A stretch of DNA of 53,928 nucleotides, the filler included, from Squatina squatina (Eukaryota), in NCBI GenBank assembly GCA_031763465.1. It is 4 parts of 4 records of this genome, joined end to end, with 100 filler letters (N's around TTAATTAATTAA, not from the genome) between each part and the next. Parts side by side here need not be neighbours in the genome. Positions count along the whole stretch, not along the records: positions 13,005 to 27,391 come from JARFOE010000219.1; positions 27,492 to 40,681 come from JARFOE010000001.1; 2 more parts are not named here. One strand, given 5' to 3'. Positions 21,011 through 34,420 of this stretch are shown in pieces. The translations under genes and the position numbers were made by a program. Under the pieces are notes generated by a model. The model ran no database searches. It was given only the letters and a program-made list of their open reading frames with translations, and was not told the DNA's origin. How positions within the stretch are numbered: position 1 is the first letter of the stretch; each line of letters opens with the position of its first letter.

Positions 21011-22544
21011 GTTTGAAGGTGGAGACCAGACACATCTTGAGATCGGCATTAAAACTCCCTCCCCACTTCAACTTAAATGCAATTTTCAATGCATTATTGT
21101 TTTAAATTTGAAGTGATGGTACCTGTTTAAGAAACAAGTGAAAAAAGAGAGGCAGGACCGGTCTGTCCCCTGATGAAGGCGGCATATTCGAGGCATGCTA
21201 ACTCTTGCACTGTCAGCCTTTCCGCAACATTCGGGCTGAGGATTCAAATGCCTGTGGTAGGTGTTTTCACAATTTAATCCTCCAAAACAACACTGGATTA
21301 GAGAGCAGTTAGCTGGGAACAGGCTGATGTGCTGAGCACAGTGTTTAAAGTCATGATAAATGCAGCCTTCCCTCTCCCTTCCCACCCAACCCCACCCCTT
21401 TGCCTGTCAGTGCTTTAAAATTTGCTGCATTTCTGCCTTTTTNNNNNNNNNNNNNNNNNNNNNNNNNNNNNNNNNNNNNNNNNNNNNNNNNNNNNNNNNN
21501 NNNNNNNNNNNNNNNNNNNNNNNNNNNNNNNNNNNNNNNNNNCGACAGAGAGCCGGCATGGACTCAATGGGCCAAATGGCCCACTTCTGTGCCATAATGA
21601 CTATCTCTTGGTTATTTTTGTGGGCATTTTTTCATGCGAGACAGAGAGAGTATCACTTTTTCCCATGGTAACCTCTGTATCAGAAAGAATCACCACTTCC
21701 TGCACTTCCAGTGCAAGTGTTCACTCATTTACTCCACGCAGATTAAGTGAGAGCTCAAGCCCTCAACAGCAAACATAAAACACGGTTAACTCCAGATCAA
21801 TACCCAATTTCGCTAGAAAAATCTGGGAAGTACCAAATCAATCCCCATTTACTCCCATTACACAGAACTCAGGAAGGCATAAAATGGTGTCCAATTAGCC
21901 ACATTTCCATTTCTCAGCAGACAGTACACAGACCGTTGCCAGGGCAGCTCACAGCCATCTTCTTCTGCACGTTAACGATGTCTTGTTGACGATCAAAGAG
22001 AATTGTTCTGGCCTACATCTGAAACATTACCCTGTCTGTTCTTTCTTCAGATACTAAACTAATATAAAAGCAGAAAATACTATGGTATTTCTGGCACTTT
22101 TTGCTTTTATTTCAGTTTAACGATTCAGTTGCTCCCAAGAATACACATTGTTTATTTTGAAAAAAAGGGACTCCGAGATTCTGATCCTTGCAGAAAATTT
22201 CTTGGAGAATTGATTGAATTTGAACAAATGCAGAATGATGACCCATTTGTAGAGGTCAAGACTCAACACAATGTGCAAAATCCATGGTTTTACTCCAAAC
22301 TCAAGTCATCAGGATAGATGAACTGATAATGATAGAACCACAGAATTTTACAGCACAAAAGGAGATGGTTTGGGCCACATGTCTGTGCCAGCTCTTTGCT
22401 AGAGACATCCAAGAGAAATCCCAACCATCTTTCCCCGTAGCCTTGTATCTTCCTTTGCTTCAAATGTTGACCAAAAACGGTCTTGACCTCAACTGCTCCT
22501 TGTGTCAAATCAGTCCATGCTCTAATTTAAAATTATATATATAT

Positions 22545-22835
22545 AATATTTGTTCCTGGGATGTGGGCATCACTGGCAAGGCCCAGTGATTTATTGCCCA
22601 TCCCTAATTGCCCTCGAGAAGATGGTGGAGCTATACAAAGCTCTGGTTAGACCACACCTGGAGTACTGAGAGCACTTCTGGGCATCCCAGCTTCTTGAAC
22701 CGCTGCAGTCCGTATGGTGAAGGGACCCCCACAGTGCTGTTACGGTGAGAGTTCCACAATTCTGACCCAGCAACGATGAAGGAATGGTGATGTATTTCCA
22801 AGTCAGGATGGTGTGTAACTTGGAGGGGAACTTGC
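22545..22835 (-). mobile_element. LINE 3'-end fragment of a common shark family
   Basis: gggatgtgggcatcactggcaaggcc...tttattgcccatccctaattgccct.gagaag...tatttccaagtcaggatggtgtg. Confidence 0.55.
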
Positions 22836-22912
22836 AGATGATAAAGATGTTTCTCCCAAATCGACCTCTTTACTCTCAGTGACTGTATTCAATTGGTGAC
22901 TCCTCTTCACTT

Positions 22913-23201
22913 GGTTTGCCACCCCTCCTGGATTGTCGCGAATCTCCCGGAATTGAGGATTGCTCTCCCCGAGCACTCAATGGCGACCAGCCCAGGAGAA
23001 AAATGTGCAAGCTTTCCCCGCACCTTTCAGACGTTGTGTAACTGCTGCCACTCACGGCCGCACCGCTCACACAATAGAGGCGCAGGGCATTGCGGGAGAC
23101 TGGTGCCATCGTGGGCTCGATGTTTTGGGGATCAGACACCATATGATCAGCTGTCACATGATCGAGCCTCAAGGAACACATCCAACAAGAGTTGGCAACC
23201 C
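22913..23201. mobile_element. Non-autonomous DNA transposon (MITE) with GGGTTGCCA-type terminal inverted repeats
   Basis: Starts GGTTTGCCACCC and ends GTTGGCAACCC, an imperfect inverted pair ~290 bp apart. Confidence 0.5.
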
Positions 23202-23776
23202 GACTCAAAGATAGGTGGCATTGCAGATTAANNNNNNNNNNNNNNNNNNNNNNNNNNNNNNNNNNNNNNNNNNNNNNNNNNNNNNNNNNNNNNNNNNNNN
23301 NNNNNNNNNNNNNNNNNNNNNNNNNNNNNNNNNNNNNNNNNNNNNNNNNNNNNNNNNNNNNNNNNNNNNNNNNNNNNNNNNNNNNNNNNNNNNNNNNNNN
23401 NNNNNNNNNNNNNNNNNNNNNNNNNNNNNNNNNNNNNNNNNNNNNNNNNNNNNNNNNNNNNNNNNNNNNNNNNNNNNNNNNNNNNNNNNNNNNNNNNNNN
23501 NNNNNNNNNNNNNNNNNNNNNNNNNNNNNNNNNNNNNNNNNNNNNNNNNNNNNNNNNNNNNNNNNNNNNNNNNNNNNNNNNNNNNNNNNNNNNNNNNNNN
23601 NNNNNNNNNNNNNNNNNNNNNNNNNNNNNNNNNNNNNNNNNNNNNNNNNNNNNNNNNNNNNNNNNNNNNNNNNNNNNNNNNNNNNNNNNNNNNNNNNNNN
23701 NNNNNNNNNNNNNNNNNNNNNNNNNNNNNNNNNNNNNNNNNNNNNNNNNNNNNNNNNNNNNNNNNNNNNNNNNNNN

Positions 23777-23966
23777 TTGGAACTCTTCCGCAAATGGCAA
23801 TTGATGCTCGATCAATTGTTAATTTTAAATCTGAGTTTGATAGATTTTTGTTAACCAAACGTGTTAAGAAATATGGGCCAAAGGCGGGTATATGGAGTCA
23901 GGTTGCAGATCAGCCTTGAATGGCAGAACAGGCTCGAGGGGCTGAATAGCCTACTTTTGTTCCTAA
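23777..23966 (+). mobile_element. CR1 LINE ORF2 C-terminus and 3'UTR
   Basis: WNSLPQMAIDARSIVNFKSEFDRFLLTKRVKKYG followed by the ggctcgaggggctgaat.gcctact tail. Confidence 0.85.
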
Positions 23967-24958
23967 GTACTCTTCACTGACTCCCAAACCAGACAAAAGG
24001 CCTTTCCCTGATCACCTTATTCAAACCTTCATAATTTAAAAAAAAACCTTCATTATATCTCATCTTCTCCAGTGGAAATTGTCCCAATTATCAGTTAAAT
24101 ACACAGCAATAAAAAATTTTGAATGGATAAAGAAGATGCAGTTTTCATGAGTGGACGGGCTGAAGTGGACAAAAGAAGATTACAGAATCGATTATAAATG
24201 GAGCAATTATTTACAACAATACACAGAATGTCCAGCACAGAAACAGACTGTGCAGCCCAACTGGCCCGTGCTGGTGTTTATGCTCCACACAAGCCTCGCC
24301 CCACCTTACTTCACCTAACCCTATCAGCATATCCTACATTATGCCTTGTCCTTTCACCTATGTCAATCACATCTCGAACATAGTCAAGACATAAAGTAAG
24401 AACAAGCATCCAACAGTAATTCTATCTCACGCTTCCTTGTGACATGCAGCAGTTGCTCAAGCTTCGCTCCCACAGTGTACATCATCAGACCTGCTCTATT
24501 TTACTGCTGTGAGACTCCCTGTCGGACAACAATTATCCTGTATGTACGTCACTGTCCTGCGCAGATTATTGGATTTTTTTTGTGTTATAATGACTACCGC
24601 AGGGCTATGAAATCTCCTTGTGGAAATCGAGCACAGAGCAACAGTGTCCTGCTGGTGGAACCAATCTAGCAAACGGCTGGTTAAAAAGACCAGAGCCCAG
24701 CCCACTCTAATGGCGCAGTTAATTTACCACTCTCCGGTCATACTGGCTACAGGCTCAGATTCTATTCACGCCAATCTTTTACGTCTCCTCAGCGATATAG
24801 GCTGCATGCACTGGTGGGTGGCGGTGTTCAACTTTCAAGCGTGCATTCTCACTACCTGNNNNNNNNNNNNNNNNNNNNNNNNNNNNNNNNNNNNNNNNNN
24901 NNNNNNNNNNNNNNNNNNNNNNNNNNNNNNNNNNNNNNNNNNNNNNNNNNNNNNNNNN

Positions 24959-25423
<465 letters not shown>

Positions 25424-25998
25424 CTACCTCCAAGTCAGTAACCAGGACCTCCTTGAACCAGTCAATGGCCTTTTTTTGGGGGGGGACCTCGCTGAACGAA
25501 TAAAGAAAGTCAGTCTCCCCTCTGGCTGCACACCGACCGACCCGAGTTTGAAAAAGGAAGAGACTTCAATAAATCACCACAATTCTCCCGTCTCTCAATC
25601 CCAGCCTGGTCGTTCAAAGAGGCTCCCCGGCCGGCAGCCCAACGCTTAAGATTTCCGGTCTGGTCGGTTGCTCAATATAATTTTTTTTTTAAAAAAACAT
25701 ACACACACCGTGGTGTCAACTGGATTGTAAATGTTCTTGTTCAAGGCGAGGAGCGCATTCCTCTCGGAGCAGAAGGGAAATCCTGCAGAAGACGGACGGN
25801 NNNNNNNNNNNNNNNNNNNNNNNNNNNNNNNNNNNNNNNNNNNNNNNNNNNNNNNNNNNNNNNNNNNNNNNNNNNNNNNNNNNNNNNNNNNNNNNNNNNT
25901 CATTCAGTTCATGATTAATGTCCCTCATAAAATATTTTGATTACGGTAGTAATTGGCTGGTACAGCTCTAATGATAGCCAGCTGGTTAATTATTACAG

Positions 25999-26161
25999 GA
26001 GGTGAAGAAGCAGCTCAGTCAGGAAATTGATGAACATCAGCATGAGTTATCTGCTCTGCAGGACGCACATCGCCAGAAACTAAGCAGTCTCACACGCCGA
26101 CACAGGGATGAGCTTGCAGAATACGAGGAACGGATCGAGGAGCTGGAGCAGCAGTTGCAAG
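25999..26161 (+). CDS. TRIP11: Internal exon of TRIP11 (GMAP-210) or a paralog; not in the ORF track
   Basis: tacag|GAG...CAAG|gttag, 163 bp, [54 protein letters not shown], which resembles TRIP11 [22 protein letters not shown]...[18 protein letters not shown]. Confidence 0.8.
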
Positions 26162-27391
26162 GTTAGAAGCAATCTCTCGTGCAGTGGTACTCCTTTAAGA
26201 TGCCTATTAATTTGGCTGAGAAGATTTTGAGCATTACAGTAACGTTCTAACATAAAAATTAGATGTTTCGCAAGATCAAGTGAATACTGTAAATTATTTC
26301 TTGTCTGGGCCCTGTTTTTCTTCAACTATTTTATAACTGACAATTTGTGAAGTTGTCAAACCGAATAGGTGCGTGAAAGTGAAAAATGCCCTGTCTTAAA
26401 ACTTTCAGCTGTGAAATAAGTGTCCATTTATGTTTGTTGAGGTGGGAAAGGAGAATGAATTTTAGAATAGTTGTGAGGCTCTGCAGCTTTTGCAAGTTTT
26501 CATTTGTTCTGGGTAGACGTTTGCTGCATACAGTCTCTGCTATTGCCAGCTGATAATTAGAACACCACAGTCGTTCTCCAGTACATTTGGCTAAAACCGC
26601 TTGCAACTGAGCCCTGCAGCCTAAAAGAGACAGGTTTATTTCTCAGTCGGCGCTGACCTTGGTCGAATTGCAGTGAGGGCGCTGAAGTTAGTCTCAGTGA
26701 ACAAGATTCACACTCCTGATCACCATCCAGAGGCCGCCTACTGGAAAGTGTGCATATACGGTCATTAGATGACGATAGGATCATGTTAGGCCAGTACTCG
26801 CTGTCCAGGCTCACATGTGAAAAATGGCCCTTTGGGCATGGCACCAGAGGATAACCATAGAACTGTACCACAGCAGGAGTCAACACTCAGCTGAGGAGGA
26901 GAGAAATTTGGAAGGAGACGGAGGACGTATTTTCAATGTAGAGTTCTCCACTCCGCTCATTCAAATAACACGCAAAAAGCAGTTTGAGGGAAAACTCAGG
27001 ATATGCAAATATTCATAGCTTTCCTATTTTTGGTCTTCCTGTTCCAGATAGCTGCTCAGCTGCTTTCAGCTTTCACAACTGGAAGGGAATCAGTAGCTTC
27101 ATTCATGTTGAATTCTGGGAGCCGATGATTTGGCTTCCAAGATTTACACTGCGAAATCGATTTTCTGTGGCCCTGCATAGACAGGTAAAAATGGATATAC
27201 CAGTCTGCCGTCAAGCTGATTTAACAGCATGGACACTGAACTCCCGGACTGAGAGATGTCCAAGGAAAGTATATTCAATACTGGATATCAGCTGAGCAGC
27301 ACCATGCAGAGAGAAGATTTGAAGTTATGGGTGTCGACAGGGAGGGAAATGTCAGTAAAATTATGCCGATATCCTATAAGAAAGAACAAGA

Positions 27392-27491
27392 NNNNNNNNN
27401 NNNNNNNNNNNNNNNNNNNNNNNNNNNNNNNNNNNTTAATTAATTAANNNNNNNNNNNNNNNNNNNNNNNNNNNNNNNNNNNNNNNNNNNN
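27392..27491. other. Artificial scaffold linker N44-TTAATTAATTAA-N44
   Basis: Same 100-nt cassette, core at 27436-27447. Confidence 0.97.
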
Positions 27492-28149
27492 CTTAGTCAT
27501 CCATCAAAGCCTTTCATGATTTTAAAAACCTCGATTAAATCTCCTCTTAGCCATCTCTTTTTCAGTGGAAATAGTCCTAGTATCTTAAATCTCTCAGAAC
27601 TATAGCTTCTCATCCCGAGTAGCATCCTGATGAATTTAAGTTGTGCACTCTCAAAGGTTTTTGCTGTGTGCAGTACTCTGTGGGTGGCCCAATCTTTGCT
27701 CCTGTACTATATGTCCCATTTATAAAACCCAAAGCAATTGGCCATCTTAATGGATTTATCTACCTGCATTCACTCTTTCAATGAATCATATATTTACACC
27801 CCGAAACATCTCTGTTCTTCCACACCCTTCAATTCATTTTTATTGAGTTCATACATACAATTCCTCACTTTTTTCCCGGTCAAAATACATTACCTCACAC
27901 CTCTCCACAATACATCGCATGTGCCACCTGTCTGTCTGTTGCACCAACCATTGTTATCCTAAAGCCTTTAAAATTCCTCCTTGCTGTTTGCCAAACACCG
28001 ACATTTGTGTTGTCAGCAATATCAGAGTGAAATTCTGGCTTTTTAAATGTATATTCAAACAAATTCCCAGGTTGTATTTAAATCGATTTACAGAAGTGAA
28101 GGATATACTATATTTTACACTAGTGTGTTCTAAACCACATGGGAGGCTG

Positions 28150-28490
28150 TAAGTATGATCCTCGTTGTGTTTTGAATTAGTTAATCTCAGCCAGAACAGC
28201 AGTAGAAATGCTAAATTTGGTTACATCCTGGGTTAGAGAGGGGAAAATCTTCCTGGATCCACACTGCTGATTGCTACACAGTGACCTCTGCTAGAGGTGT
28301 ATGGTGTGAACATTGTGTAAGGACAGGATCTATCCCAGTTTGGTTTTCTTAACAGCAAGACACTGTCAAGGCTCACGCATGAACAATAACTGCTGAGGCA
28401 AGGTACAAGAGGGAGACAGTCACCTGTGGAATTGTATGCCAGTGAGCAAGTTGGCGCTTTCAGGATTGGTGGTGAGAAGATTGGAGAGAG
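28150..28490 (+). mobile_element. Old SINE (LF-SINE-like shark family)
   Basis: ttagttaatctcagcc...gggttagagaggggaaaatc...cagtgacctctgct...aaggacaggatc. Confidence 0.5.
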
Positions 28491-31400
28491 AAAAAAAAGT
28501 TCATGAATTAACTTTTCCCATTAAGCAAGACAGTAATATGCAATTTCACAGAAAAAAATGAAATTGTTTCACAGAAGTAAACTACGCAAAATACTCCAAA
28601 TATGTCTGTGTTTAATATAAGCTATCAGATCTACAATGGCCTGAAGTGTCTTTTACTTTACTCAGTTGTAGTCAATTCCTAAATGAAAAAAGCTAATATA
28701 AATTGCACTTCAATGCAACATTATATAATCTGTTTAATGATAACACAAAAACATGATACATGACATTCTACTTTGCAGGTTTGTTCAAAGTCCAGTATTT
28801 CTGACCTTTGTAACAGTAATGCTTCTATTTTTGGCAAAATCATAATAAAATTGTTAAATAAAGTTATTCACTGAAATGTTTTGTCAGCATTACATATACA
28901 GCTAAGATTGTAATTGAAAGGTCCATAAAAGAATGTCTGTATTATGACCAGCAAAACTGGCCTGAGAAAAATGTGTTAATATCTCAACGAAGGACTCCCG
29001 AAGCAACCAAAATAACAGTTTTAATATTACATNNNNNNNNNNTACATTACACCACTGCCACCAATCCTTTGACGCTTGAATCTTGCAGTCAATGGTAATA
29101 AACATCCACGTCTTCATAAGTCTTCTTATTTGTTTTAGGGACTAAAGCTTCCCCACAACCAATCTAGTTTCAATGGACCTGCAGCAAGCCTACAGCAGAC
29201 TTCCAAAAATAAGAACACAATATAGGGAGTTTGTTTTTTGTATCACTCTTCCAGGGATCTGGATTGCACCAAGAATTAGTGCAAATGGACCTTTAGATTT
29301 CCAAGTGCAAGAGTGCAGCTAAGTCCCAGTCTCAACTGAATGTGGGCTATGCAGGTAATATCTTGGGAGGAAGGTCGGGGTGGGCCCCTTCCTATATCCC
29401 TAAAAACACATGGCAGATCTAGCAAGTTATGCTTACAGCATCAATGAAGATGTTCGATAATCCCAACCTTCCAAGGAAAATTGAGCTAAAGATGAAATTT
29501 AAATATTTAACAAATCTCCTCCCATACTAATCTAAAAAATATTTGAAATACTACATACTAGTAATACTTAGGAACCAGATATTATGTTATTCAACTCAAA
29601 ACAAAGCACACTTAGCACCAACAAACTAACTAATCAGAGATAATCCTGTTATATGAGAAAGGGAAGTGTGAAATAAAATGAGTAAAATCACATCTCCATA
29701 ATATCTGTGACTAAGTGGGATTAGCAAAATCCCCGGAGAGAGTACATGAGTAAGAGCCTTTCTGAATACCAAGCAAATCTGTAAGAAAAATGCAAATGGT
29801 TTCCTAATTATCTACAGGCTATTAACATGCAGTTCCAATTACCAGCAANNNNNNNNNNNNNNNNNNNNNNNNNNNNNNNNNNNNNNNNNNNNNNNNNNNN
29901 NNNNNNNNNNNNNNNNNNNNNNNNNNNNNNNNNNNNNNNNNNNNNNNNGAGAGAGCATCACAAAGATTTTGCCAGCAAGTTTGTGACACAGAAAAAGATG
30001 AATGTCCCTAAGGCAGGGATGCCTCTTGCTTAAGGGCATCCATTAGAACATATTCGTGCATGCTGCTACAGCCAAAGCCTGCATTTAAAATCTTACTAGT
30101 CAGCTAGCCTAATTAGATTAAGGAAAATGTGTAATAAATGCTGTTCTGCATGCACATTTTCATAGCGCTTTATATTTCAGAGAGATTCAGGAAATATATT
30201 ACATGCCTAATAGTTATGAGGTAGATGCTGCATTTTCTGCAGAGCAAAATGCCAGTTTTCTCAATACCTAGAGTGAATTTCCATGGTACATTAGTCAGCC
30301 TATTAGAATGCAATGAAGGACGATATGAGAAAAGGGGAGTACGTCCTTAGAGACTTCAATCCAGCATTCTCCATCATCTCTCTTCATCCTTTGTACATTC
30401 AGCCACTTTACCAAGTGTCATCTACATGAAAGATGATTTGTCTCCTGACCCAAATAAACACAATGCCTGCTCTGTGCACAGCAAAAAATTACTTCTGCCA
30501 CTCTGCTCATTTGCGACCCCCTTTTGCTTATTCTGCCATTTTTTTTTAATATCAGGCTTTCTGATTTCACCTNNNNNNNNNNNNNNNNNNNNNNNNNNNN
30601 NNNNNNNNNNNNNNNNNNNNNNNNNNNNNNNNNNNNNNNNNNNNNNNNNNNNNNNNNNNNNNNNNNNNNNNNNNNNNNNNNNNNNNNNNNNNNNNNNNNN
30701 NNNNNNNNNNNNNNNNNNNNNNNNNNNNNNNNNNNNNNNNNNNNNNNNNNNNNNNNNNNNNNNAGACACAAATTGCCTTGAGGCAGGTCACTGGGTGTCA
30801 AAAAATATTATACGCCTGCTGTGAAGAAACAATAATTCCCATCTGTTTCACAGAAAATATTTTCATTTTCTGTTTTTATTGAAAGGAAACTTCTGGGAAT
30901 ATGTCTGTATAAGAGCTATCAGGGACAGCAAATACAGCATTTTCTGAAGGTTATAATCAGGAAGGCATTATCCAGAAACAAGCAGAATTCATTCAGCTAG
31001 TTTAAATGGTAGAAATTGGATTCTTCTTTCCCTGCCTACAGTTATGATGCAGTACCAGATGCTTCTCGAACACCACATGCTGGGGCTCCTGCACTGAATG
31101 CAGCACCTGACCTTCCACATAATTGACGAAAAATATTGATGTAATGACACAAGTCTGATTGTGATTTATTAAAACCACTGGCAATCCCAGGCAAACTGCC
31201 AGCGTCGCAGCCTAGTGATCACATGGCATTAGGAAAGTCATCAATATCAAAGCAAAAATAAATAACATTAATGGGCAAGTATTAGAGATTCAAAACTGAG
31301 TCTCGCAGAAGATTGGTTTTGTGTGCATGAGGGGCCACCTGTATAACATGCTGCATGAAACAAGGTCTTATTTAAAAGCTGTTAAAAAAAAATGGCAAGT

Positions 31401-32179
31401 TTTTAAAAATTAAACCTCCAGTATAAAGATATGCAACATTTAGTTTTGAACATATTCCTATCATATGATAAAAATATAATACTGCAATGCAGATATAGAC
31501 TGCAGAACACTTAGAATACACTAACCTCACTTTGATTATTACACTCAAATATTTATTTTCCTCTCATTTCCTCAATTTAGTTTTAATCATACTACAGTCA
31601 AGGACTATTTGCAACTCATCATTCTCTCACTTATAGACCTCAGCAAACACGCTGTGTTAGGTACCCTTCCACATGTATGTGGACCTGAATTCATAAACCA
31701 ATACTTCTCTAATGTTGCTAGCCCCAGGATTTAAGAATGAGCAAGGGAAAACAGTGTTTAAGAAAGGAAGAACAAAAAAATAACTTTTTAAAACAAATAA
31801 GACCACATTGTCAGTGACTGAGAGTGATCCTCTTGCAAGTCACCATGGCATTTGATAAAATTCTTATGAATCGCTCTGCATATAAACACTTTTCCCTTAT
31901 CACAGGAGCTCTTGTCTTTTTTTCCTCTGCTCCAGCCAATCTGGCATTCTGGGCAGCTCCTTCCCAGCTGTTAACAGTGCTATGTGACTAAGATATCTTT
32001 AGTTTGTTCCATTTATATTTGATGATCAACAATGCCTTATATAGATTGACCAGTAAAATAGCTTGGCTAGTTTATTACTNNNNNNNNNNNNNNNNNNNNN
32101 NNNNNNNNNNNNNNNNNNNNNNNNNNNNNNNNNNNNNNNNNNNNNNNNNNNNNNNNNNNNNNNNNNNNNNNNNNNNNNN

Positions 32180-32259
32180 CGGTACTTCGCTGCTCTTATT
32201 AGGTGATCACACATCTTTTCTTCTTCACGTCTTTCTGCTGAATACTGGGCACACAGAGA
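32180..32259 (-). CDS. LRBA: Partial internal exon of the BEACH-domain protein LRBA (3' part lost in a gap)
   Basis: Acceptor tttttttcttggtag|TCT; SLCAQYSAERREEEKMCDHLIRAAKYR. As recalled, IRAAKYR fits LRBA better than NBEA (ISAAKHR). Confidence 0.85.
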
Positions 32260-32959
32260 CTACCAAGAAAAAAAGGAATAATATTGTATTTTTATTTAGA
32301 ACCTTATCACTCTTACAATCAGACACTTCAAGTCAAAAGGGCTGTAGGGAATGGGATCACATTGTTTCTATATGTTTTCTTGAAAACCTCTATCAACTCA
32401 CCTCTTAACCGTCCCCGTTCTATGTATCTGCATGCATAAACAAAAATCTGTTCAATTCAACCAGCAGTCATTGTAATATATGTGATGAGACAAATATGAC
32501 AGTAGTGACAATGGAGTGGCCACAATTTGAGAGAGAGAGAGGTTTAGAACAAACATAGTCAAAGTCAAGACCATAATTTTCAAAGATTTTACTGTTTGAA
32601 CAATTGAAAAGGATGATGGCCGATACTGTAAAGTTTGATCTATATCATTGAATACTATTATAAAGCTCATTGCTAAATGGGGAACGTGTGCTTCAGAATG
32701 TTGAATAAGAGCCGAAATATCCCATCTGTTTATCTTGCTGCCTATCTGTTTATCTCCCTCTCTCTATTAATCAATTTAGTCTGTCCAAGTGTCTATCTTT
32801 GTATCTATTGCACCCATGTTTCCATTGGCCAGTTTTAAAGGTCACAATTGCAACCAATAAAAAGCCGAGGCAGGAAAAATTGACTTGCTGCATTCAGGTC
32901 AATCCTTGATGTAAAAGCTAGGAGGTTTGTAGCCCTTGGTAACCTGCCAACCTAATGAG

Positions 32960-33330
32960 CAATAAAAACAGAGAATTGCTGGAAATACTCAGCAGGTCAG
33001 GCAGCATCTGTGGAGAGAGAAACAGAGTCAACGTTTCAGGTCGGTGATCGTTCTTCAGAACTGGAAAAAGTTAGAGATGTAACAGGTTTTTAAGCAAGTG
33101 TGGGGAGAGGAGAGATGGGAAAACACAGAACAAAAGGGAAGTTCTGTGATAGGGTGGAAGACAGAAAAGTTTAAGGGACAAAAGGGATGATGGTGCAAAG
33201 TAAAAGGAGATGGTAGTGGGCCAAGTTGAGAAACAAAAGATGAGTCTAGATATGGTGTAAATGGAGATGGCAGAATCAGCAACAACTGCCGTGGGAAGGA
33301 GAGAAAAAACAGGAAAAAAAAAAGGGTTGG
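32960..33330 (+). mobile_element. Shark interspersed repeat, probably a Penelope-like element end
   Basis: aaaacaga..tgctggaaatactcagcaggtcaggcagcatctgtggagagagaaacagagtcaacgtttcagg; related pieces at 39365-39477 (+) and 47376-47495 (-). Confidence 0.55.
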
Positions 33331-33529
33331 NNNNNNNNNNNNNNNNNNNNNNNNNNNNNNNNNNNNNNNNNNNNNNNNNNNNNNNNNNNNNNNNNNNNNN
33401 NNNNNNNNNNNNNNNNNNNNNNNNNNNNNNGCTGGTCTGCTGTTTGATCTGTCTTTGTACCCTCGCCATCGATTCCATTTCCCTCCAACCTATTAATCTG
33501 GGCTAACTCTCTTTTCATCCCAATATTAG

Positions 33530-34420
33530 GTGTCAGCCTTTGCTCAATGGGAGCATTCTCACCTGAGTCAGCAGGTAGTGGATACAAATCCCACTCCAGA
33601 ACTTGAATATGTATTCGAGGCAGACACTTCAGTGCAATACTAAAGGAGTACTGCACTGCTGGAAGTGCAATCTTTCAGATGAAAAGAAAAAAAAGACTCG
33701 CATTTATATAGCGCTTTTCACAACCTCAGGACATCCCCAAGCACTTTATAGCCAACAAAGTATAGTTACTGTTGTAATGTCAGAGGCAGCCAATTTCAGC
33801 AAGCAAGCTCCCACAAACAGCAATGTGAATGACCAGATAATCTGTTTCAGTGATGTTGATTGTGCGATAAATATTGGCCAGAACACCGGGGATAACTCCC
33901 CTGCTGTTCTTCGAAATAGTGCCATGAGATCTTTTACATCCACCTGGGAGAGCAGGTTTTATGGTTTAATGTCTCATATGAAAGGCGGCACCTCTGTCAG
34001 TGCAGCAATACGGTACTGGAGTGTCAGCCTAGATTTATGTGCTCAAGTCTCAGGAGTGGGGCTTGAACCCACAACCTGCTCACTCAGAGGCGAGAGTGAC
34101 ACCAAATGAGGCATGGCTGATACTCCAGTGCAGGATGAGCTGTTAAAACCGATGGACATAAAAGATCCCTTGGCACTATTTCGAACAAGGGCAGGAGCAT
34201 TCTCCCCGGTGTCCTGGCCAATATTTACTCCTCAACCAACATCACCAAAATTGATTATCTGATCATCATTACATTGCTGTTTGTGGGACCTGTATGCAAA
34301 TTGGCTGCCATCTTTCCGACATTACAACAGTGACAACACTTTTTTTTTTAAAAAAAGTACTTTATTGGCTGTAAAGTGCTTTGGGACATCCTGAGGTTGT
34401 GAAAAGCGTTGTAAAAAAGC
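33530..34420. mobile_element. Nested SacSINE1 pair: a + copy (33530-33682 and ~34133-34420) split by a - copy (33683-34123)
   Basis: The 5' half of the + SINE stops at tctttcagatga, a full reverse-complement SINE follows, and the + SINE resumes at gatgagctgttaaaaccga. Confidence 0.8.
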
